A DNA stretch of 32,000 bases. It comes from Nostoc sp. PCC 7120 = FACHB-418. Its GTDB lineage: Bacteria; Cyanobacteriota; Cyanobacteriia; Cyanobacteriales; Nostocaceae. Location of the stretch: the NCBI RefSeq assembly GCF_000009705.1, contig NC_003272.1, positions 1,080,001 through 1,112,000 of the forward strand, given 5' to 3'. Below, one piece after another: positions 27,147 through 32,000 of this stretch (position 1 is its first letter; each line of letters starts with the position of its first letter). Below the pieces are notes generated by a model that worked only from the letters and a program-made list of their open reading frames with translations, was not told the origin of the DNA and ran no database searches. A program made the position numbers and the translations under genes.

Positions 27147-27178
27147 GGGTGTAAGGGTGTAAGGGTGTAAGGGTGTAG
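27147..27178. repeat. Octamer array GGGTGTAA x4
   Basis: Read directly, just after the coxA stop. Confidence 0.8.
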
Positions 27179-27226
27179 GGGTTGATGAAACTATAGTTGA
27201 GTTATTCGTTTTACATTGCTTCTACT

Positions 27227-27296
27227 CCCCAATCCCCATTCCCCAACCCCCAGTCCCCAATCCCCAGTCCCCAATCCCCAATCCCCAATCCCCAAT
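27227..27296. repeat. STRR1 heptamer array (CCCCAAT/CCCCAGT, 10 units)
   Basis: Counted directly. It creates the artefactual PQSPIPN-type N-terminal extension in the ORF-track call 27197..27931. Confidence 0.9.
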
Positions 27297-27307
27297 TTTT
27301 AAGATTC

Positions 27308-27931
27308 ATGCAAAGTCAAACTATTGACCCAGCGCAAACGGAACTAAATCATCACCACGCAGCCGAGGCGGTTGGTCATCACGAAGAACATCCTGATCAT
27401 CGGCTGTTTGGGTTATTTGTCTTCCTAGTTGCCGAGGGAATGATATTTTTAGGTTTGTTCGGAGCATATCTGGCCTTCCGTTCAACATTACCTGTATGGC
27501 CGCCGGCAGGTACACCAGAGTTAGAACTTTTACTTCCTGGTGTAAATACTGTCAATCTAATTGCCAGCAGCTTTGTCATGCACAATGCTGATACTGCTAT
27601 CAAGAAAAATGATACCAAGGGTATGCGTCTGTGGTTGGCAATTACTGCCGCAATGGGTGCGATTTTCTTGGTCGGGCAGGTTTACGAATACACCCATTTA
27701 GAATTTGGGCTGACTACTAATTTATTCGCTAGTGCGTTTTACGTGTTGACTGGTTTTCACGGACTGCACGTAACTATAGGCGTTTTGGCAATTGTAGCTG
27801 TGTTGTGGCGATCGCGCACTCAAGGTCACTATAGTAGTGAAAAACACTTTGGTATTGAAGCTGCGGAAATATACTGGCACTTTGTAGACGTAATCTGGAT
27901 TATTCTGTTCGGATTACTGTACTTACTGTAA
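27308..27931 (+). CDS. coxC: Cytochrome c oxidase subunit III
   Basis: Starts at the ATG at 27308 (MQSQTIDP). Carries typical [24 protein letters not shown] and YWHFVDVIW motifs. The upstream TTG extension lies entirely in STRR repeats. Confidence 0.85.
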   Translation: MQSQTIDPAQTELNHHHAAEAVGHHEEHPDHRLFGLFVFLVAEGMIFLGLFGAYLAFRSTLPVWPPAGTPELELLLPGVNTVNLIASSFVMHNADTAIKKNDTKGMRLWLAITAAMGAIFLVGQVYEYTHLEFGLTTNLFASAFYVLTGFHGLHVTIGVLAIVAVLWRSRTQGHYSSEKHFGIEAAEIYWHFVDVIWIILFGLLYLL

Positions 27932-27979
27932 GTATTAATTATTTAGTTGTTCACTCCACGCGGACAACATAGATTTTAG

Positions 27980-28000
27980 CCCCCCTCTGGGGGTTTTTTT
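27980..28000 (+). terminator. Intrinsic terminator of the cox operon
   Basis: CCCCC-TCT-GGGGG hairpin followed by T7, 49 nt after the coxC stop. Confidence 0.5.
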
Positions 28001-28229
28001 ATTGGTGCAGTGATCTTTTCAAGACTTATACTACTTCCCTCAATATACAAGGTTGGGTAGAACGCAGTGAAACCCAACAAAATCGAGGTTTTGGTGTTGG
28101 GTTACTCTACGAGAACGCTAAGGGCGAACCCGCAGGGTGGTTAGCGCGGAGGTATGCAGAGATTTTATTGCTAACGTTGGAGCCTACGAGTAATATTTTC
28201 TTAGGGTTTGCTGTTAATTATTTAGATAA

Positions 28230-28649
28230 ATGGAATCTCAAATACAAATAGAACAGGTCATTAAAACTCTGCAACAAGATTTACCGACACTGTTTGAGCA
28301 AGATATATCTTATGATATTTATACGAAAGATATTTACTTTCAAGACCCAGTAAACAAATTTAAAGGCAAATTTAACTACAGGATTATCTTCTGGACTTTA
28401 CGGTTTCACGCTCGGTTATTTTTTCCAGAAATATACTTTGATTTACATGAAGTATTGCAGTTAGATAAAGATACTATTTTAGCCAAGTGGACAGTGCGAG
28501 GAACTTTGCGTGTTCCCTGGCGATCGCAGATGCTTTTTAATGGTTACTCAACTTATAAATTGAGGCAAAATAATTTAATTTATCAACATATAGATACTTG
28601 GGATCGCAAGCCAGGAGAGATATTGCGACAGTTTTTGATCAAGGGGTAA
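28230..28649 (+). CDS. Small conserved protein, probably DUF2358 (NTF2-like) family
   Basis: 139 aa. The YDIYTKDIYFQDP...F.G...Y and WTVRGTLRVPW patterns are recalled from cyanobacterial and plant DUF2358 proteins. Confidence 0.5.
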   Translation: MESQIQIEQVIKTLQQDLPTLFEQDISYDIYTKDIYFQDPVNKFKGKFNYRIIFWTLRFHARLFFPEIYFDLHEVLQLDKDTILAKWTVRGTLRVPWRSQMLFNGYSTYKLRQNNLIYQHIDTWDRKPGEILRQFLIKG

Positions 28650-28681
28650 AATAGGTAATCGGGTTTTAAATCTTGAATTTC

Positions 28682-29617
28682 TTAGCCTATTTTATCTAAA
28701 GGCAAGACATCATGAAAATATTTATAGTCGATGTAGCGATGTCCATCAGATGTATGGTGAAAAATATCAACAAAGCGACTGTTCCATAAAATATTACTAG
28801 CCGTATAAGTATAACGGGCATGAACTACTTGGGCTACTGTTTCATCAATGCCACTGACCGAGATAATTATATTTGTGTTTGTTTGTATTAGCGACTCTGC
28901 TGACATTCCATATAAAGGGCTGAATTCATCTATAGGATGCAGTGCTAGCCAGCTTAATGTAAAACTAGGTGTCTGATTTCTTAATAGTTTTAAATCGTGG
29001 AAACGCCGAATAAATCCTCCTTCTGCTGTGATTTCGTCACGCATTAAATAGACGCGCATCTGGGCTTCTAGAATTAAATTGCGTCGCTGGTTAGCAGTGC
29101 GAAACATCAGCGTTGGTACATCATTGTACGGTGTGATGACTGCAACACGGCTAAATATAACACGGGCAGAAGGGCGGGAAAAGCGAGCAAATGCCAGTCC
29201 TGTCATCACAGCAATTCCTACCAAACCAATCATTGCTTCGATGGTAACAACAGTATTGGCATATAGTGTTTTAGGATACATCGCACCATAGCCAATAGAT
29301 GCAAGTGTCTGTACACTAAAGAAGAATAGATCCAAAAAATTACCAGGTTTAGCATTGGCTATACAATCTCCTCCCAGCCAATAAGCTAGGGCAAATATGA
29401 GATTAATTGCTAGATAAGAAAGACAAATTAGTAATAAAAAGCCAGTCCAAGGAATAGTTAGCAGTAAATGATAAGGATCTCGCCAGTAAGAATGCCATAC
29501 ACCCATGCCAATAATCTCAAATTGTCCATCCTGAATTTTAATTTGGACTCTATCTGGTCGTTTCTTTGCAAGTCTCTTCAGTTGAAATTTCATCGGAAGT
29601 AGCCACAAGAACGGCAA
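28682..29617 (-). CDS. Inward-rectifier-type potassium channel (KirBac-like)
   Basis: Slide-helix/M1 region WRDPYHLLLTIPWTGFLL, pore SVQTLASIGYGAMYP (GYG filter), M2, then a Kir-type cytoplasmic beta-rich domain. The track start is TTG, and the ATG at 29593 (MKFQLK) is more likely. Confidence 0.75.
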   Translation of the reverse strand: MPFLWLLPMKFQLKRLAKKRPDRVQIKIQDGQFEIIGMGVWHSYWRDPYHLLLTIPWTGFLLLICLSYLAINLIFALAYWLGGDCIANAKPGNFLDLFFFSVQTLASIGYGAMYPKTLYANTVVTIEAMIGLVGIAVMTGLAFARFSRPSARVIFSRVAVITPYNDVPTLMFRTANQRRNLILEAQMRVYLMRDEITAEGGFIRRFHDLKLLRNQTPSFTLSWLALHPIDEFSPLYGMSAESLIQTNTNIIISVSGIDETVAQVVHARYTYTASNILWNSRFVDIFHHTSDGHRYIDYKYFHDVLPLDKIG

Positions 29618-29759
29618 ATATTAGTATTATTACTAAATTACCGCTAATAGTCATGCTGGATTTTTTTCCAGTCTGGTCAAATATTTAAGATATGGTTGGA
29701 AATATAGGAATCCGATTTGATTTCTGTTGGCGTAGCCTGCGCTAGCGCATAAAATTCTC

Positions 29760-29869
29760 AGTATCTGTAGGGTGGGCATTGCCCAACGCCACTTGCTCCA
29801 AGCCGGGAAACCCGTCCAACGCAGTGGCTCCCCTACGTGTATTTCAAAAATCAAGTATGAGTCCTATAG
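29760..29869. mobile_element. MITE-like dispersed element, copy B (same family as 18905-18999)
   Basis: It shares its terminal sequences with copy A. The GC-rich core is GTAGGGTGGGCATTGCCCAAC...GGCTCCCCTAC. Confidence 0.6.
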
Positions 29870-29898
29870 TTGATAGGTAATAGCTAAGTGATTGTAAT

Positions 29899-29933
29899 GA
29901 TTACCTATTACCCATTACCCATTACCAATTCCC
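29899..29933. repeat. STRR heptamer array (nATTACC, about 5 units)
   Basis: Read directly. It is the same unit as the arrays at 655-700 and (inverted) 14102-14129. Confidence 0.8.
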
Positions 29934-29945
29934 ACTATTAAAATT

Positions 29946-30686
29946 TTAGTCAGCAAATACACGTCCTAAAAATTCTACTATTTCTGCCCAAGCAAAGGTA
30001 GTAGCAGCAGAATCGTAGCGATAACCGTCGTCACGCATGAAGGTATGTTCTGCTTCATATAAAACTACTTTGTGAGGTACTTTAGCATCTTCAATGGCTT
30101 TAATTAAAATTTGGCGATCGCTTTCTGGTATGTGAGGATCAAGTGTACCCAGTACTAGCAGCATTTCGCCTTTGATTTCCTTGACTCTGTGGATAGTATC
30201 TGCTACCCCTTTACCCAACTTACCACTGGGAATCCCTGTAGGGTAGCAGCAGGCAGAGGCTTTAACTTCGTTTTCAAAAGCTGCGCGAAAGGCTAAGTGT
30301 CCACCTATACAAAAACCAACAGTACCAATTTTATTGGCATTAACAGTGGTTTCCGCTTTGAGAAAATCAATTACAGCACGAGAATCTGCATCATATTCAG
30401 CGATCGCTGTTCGTCGCGCATTGTCGTTACCTCGCATTCTCCCAAGATCATCCGGCTCAATTACTAGTCCAATTGGCTCAAGGCGATGAAAAATTTCTGG
30501 TGCTGCTACTACATAACCAAATCCAGCTAAGTAGTTAGCAAGACGAATTATCGGGCTACCTAACTGATAAATATCACTATAAAATACAATACCTGGGTAA
30601 ACTCCGACTGGTTTTGGAGATGCGACATAAACACGCATTAAGCTGTCATCTACTCTCAATTCCACATTGCGCTTAGTGATTTGCAC
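29946..30686 (-). CDS. Dienelactone hydrolase family protein
   Basis: Alpha/beta hydrolase with nucleophile motif GFCIGG, an Asp (GTLDPH) and a His (EAEHTF), in the DLH order. GTG start. Confidence 0.75.
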   Translation of the reverse strand: MQITKRNVELRVDDSLMRVYVASPKPVGVYPGIVFYSDIYQLGSPIIRLANYLAGFGYVVAAPEIFHRLEPIGLVIEPDDLGRMRGNDNARRTAIAEYDADSRAVIDFLKAETTVNANKIGTVGFCIGGHLAFRAAFENEVKASACCYPTGIPSGKLGKGVADTIHRVKEIKGEMLLVLGTLDPHIPESDRQILIKAIEDAKVPHKVVLYEAEHTFMRDDGYRYDSAATTFAWAEIVEFLGRVFAD

Positions 30687-31225
30687 TGTTTTAGCTCCGT
30701 GTTATGTTTGCTCTCATTAGCTTTTACACCAGGGAATAATAAAATCTGGATTTCTGCATAACTTCCCATAACGTATGAGATAACTGTGATTACTCCACTC
30801 CATAATCGGAGTTTTTGAATTTTAGCCAACGCATTTCCACAACTTGCACATTTTATTGTGTGTGAATAGTATCTTTCTAAGAGTTGTTCTTTAGGAATGG
30901 CTGGCGAAAAACATTCTCCAGTAAATGGTTCAGCGTTGTAATTGTTCACCCACTGGCGCAGTTCAAACACAAAACTGTCAGCTTTCATCGGTAGGTAAAA
31001 CGCTTTTGTAAAGTTAGGATTACCCCCTTTGGCTTGGAGTTATCTTTCTTGATAATGGAGAAAAATTTGGTCGTCTTCTAAAACACCATTTTGTCCCAGG
31101 TGATAGTACCAACCTGGTCTTAATTTAATAAAAAACCCTGGTAGTTTAGCAAGAAACTTAAAAGGAAACCGAGCAAATAAACGGCACTCACCTTTACAAA
31201 TGGGTGTAGCATAGACAACAGTCAA
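30656..31225 (-). pseudogene. Remnant of a Rieske/PaO-family (pheophorbide a oxygenase-like) oxygenase, with the N-terminus deleted and an in-frame stop
   Basis: The two track ORFs (31040-31225 and 30656-30988) are in the same frame and are separated by TAA at 31040-31042. Read-through gives ...NGVLEDDQIFLHYQER*LQAKGGNPNFTKAFYLPMKADSFV...YYSHTIKCASCGNAL, the C-terminal PaO-type region with its CxxC. No Rieske domain lies upstream. Confidence 0.6.
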
Positions 31226-31444
31226 GATGCGTCCTCTGATGTACTGGATAGGATATATACGCCAATATTGGCTGAATTATAAAGAAAAAATTAATATTTG
31301 TTCATCAATGTGAGCGATCGCCTGAATCATTTCTAATTACACTGGCTTCTTCCTGGGGTGAGATATTTGGATAGCTAAGTTAAACTTTCATAACCGTAGC
31401 GATCGCTTTTTTGGGAAGATTTACTGCACAATGATGACAGTGAT

Positions 31445-31477
31445 CAATTGTCAGTTGTCATTGGTCATCGGTCATTA
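31445..31477. repeat. STRR-like heptamer array (CAnTTGT/CATnGGT, about 5 units)
   Basis: Read directly. Confidence 0.7.
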
Positions 31478-31859
31478 GAGGCGTTGCACTGCAACTTCTG
31501 TCCATAGTTATTAGTTCTGCTCCCTCTCTTAACCTAAACCCTACAACCTGTTCCCATCTTCTAGCGTTAGTAAGTTCTCCTTTGAGTCCTATCCCTGCTT
31601 TACAGTACTTTCATCCTTTACAAGATGGACATTTATAGCAATTTTAAGCTAAAGTTGTAATGAGTTTGTTTTAGATTAAGGTGTGACGGAACAACCTATC
31701 AAGAAGCAAAAAAATTATTATCTCAAACTGTGATTACCGCAGCACGCACAAGCAACAACACAGTTAGAGGTAAGGCAGTGTTATTTAATATCCTCACATA
31801 TATACAACAGCAATAACCATCAAACTGGGAAAGATCCCCAATAGTAAATAGACATAAAT

Positions 31860-32000
31860 ATGCAGCAACAGGCAATATCGACAAAACCAATTCGTTCTCT
31901 AGAAGATGCTCTTGAGCGTTGTCAGCTGTTAGGTATGCGCGTCAGTCGCCAGCGCCGCTTTATTTTAGAACTGCTGTGGCAAGCAAATGAGCATCTTTCT
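31860..32000 (+). CDS. Fur-family transcriptional regulator, N-terminal 47 codons (truncated by the window end; FurC/PerR-like by recalled synteny)
   Basis: MQQQAISTKPIRSLEDALERCQLLGMRVSRQRRFILELLWQANEHLS matches the Fur winged-helix N-terminus (GxRxTxQRxxILxxL pattern). Confidence 0.55.
   Translation, partial: MQQQAISTKPIRSLEDALERCQLLGMRVSRQRRFILELLWQANEHLS

Noticed and set aside
27197-27307. N-terminal 37-aa extension of coxC from a TTG start ([33 protein letters not shown]...)
   Set aside because: The extension is a translation of the CCCCAAT/CCCCAGT STRR array. The conserved CoxC sequence begins at the ATG at 27308.
29651-29854. 67-aa minus-strand ORF
   Set aside because: It lies inside dispersed-repeat and MITE-like sequence (copy B), and its reading frame is created by the repeat.

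Overview
This looks like a 32-kb chromosomal segment from a heterocyst-forming filamentous cyanobacterium of the Nostoc/Anabaena type. The evidence is GCGATCGC (HIP1) octamers throughout, heptanucleotide STRR arrays in nearly every intergenic spacer, and genes such as psbX, ycf66 and a ycf19-like yggT. The order sdhB, long spacer, cyAbrB, CPBP protease, ctaB/ctaA divergent from coxBAC, then a Fur-family gene matches my unverified recollection of the all0945-alr0957 region of Nostoc sp. PCC 7120.

Most of the content is housekeeping:
- The start of an hmp/pil-type motility signalling locus (CheY-like and PatA-type regulators, divergent coiled-coil HmpF-like gene).
- tilS, ccsA, tRNA-Leu(GAG), accC and psbX (missed by the ORF track).
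- Two tandem PD40 lipoproteins, an orphan sdhB, and the complete aa3 oxidase cluster with heme O/A synthases.
- A KirBac-like K+ channel, a dienelactone hydrolase and a decayed PaO-type oxygenase pseudogene.

The only clearly accessory module is a convergent type II restriction-modification pair plus a KGK-domain gene at 5.4-8.1 kb. The window itself is almost free of GGWCC and, by my manual scan, contains no CYCGRG or ATGCAT. This fits an AvaII/SinI-like specificity for the C5-methyltransferase system.

The least explained stretch is a 1.8-kb AT-rich, ORF-free region at 18.3-20.1 kb with terminator-like and nested hairpins. I found no convincing new multi-gene system. All family assignments rest on motifs read by eye and on memory, not on searches.
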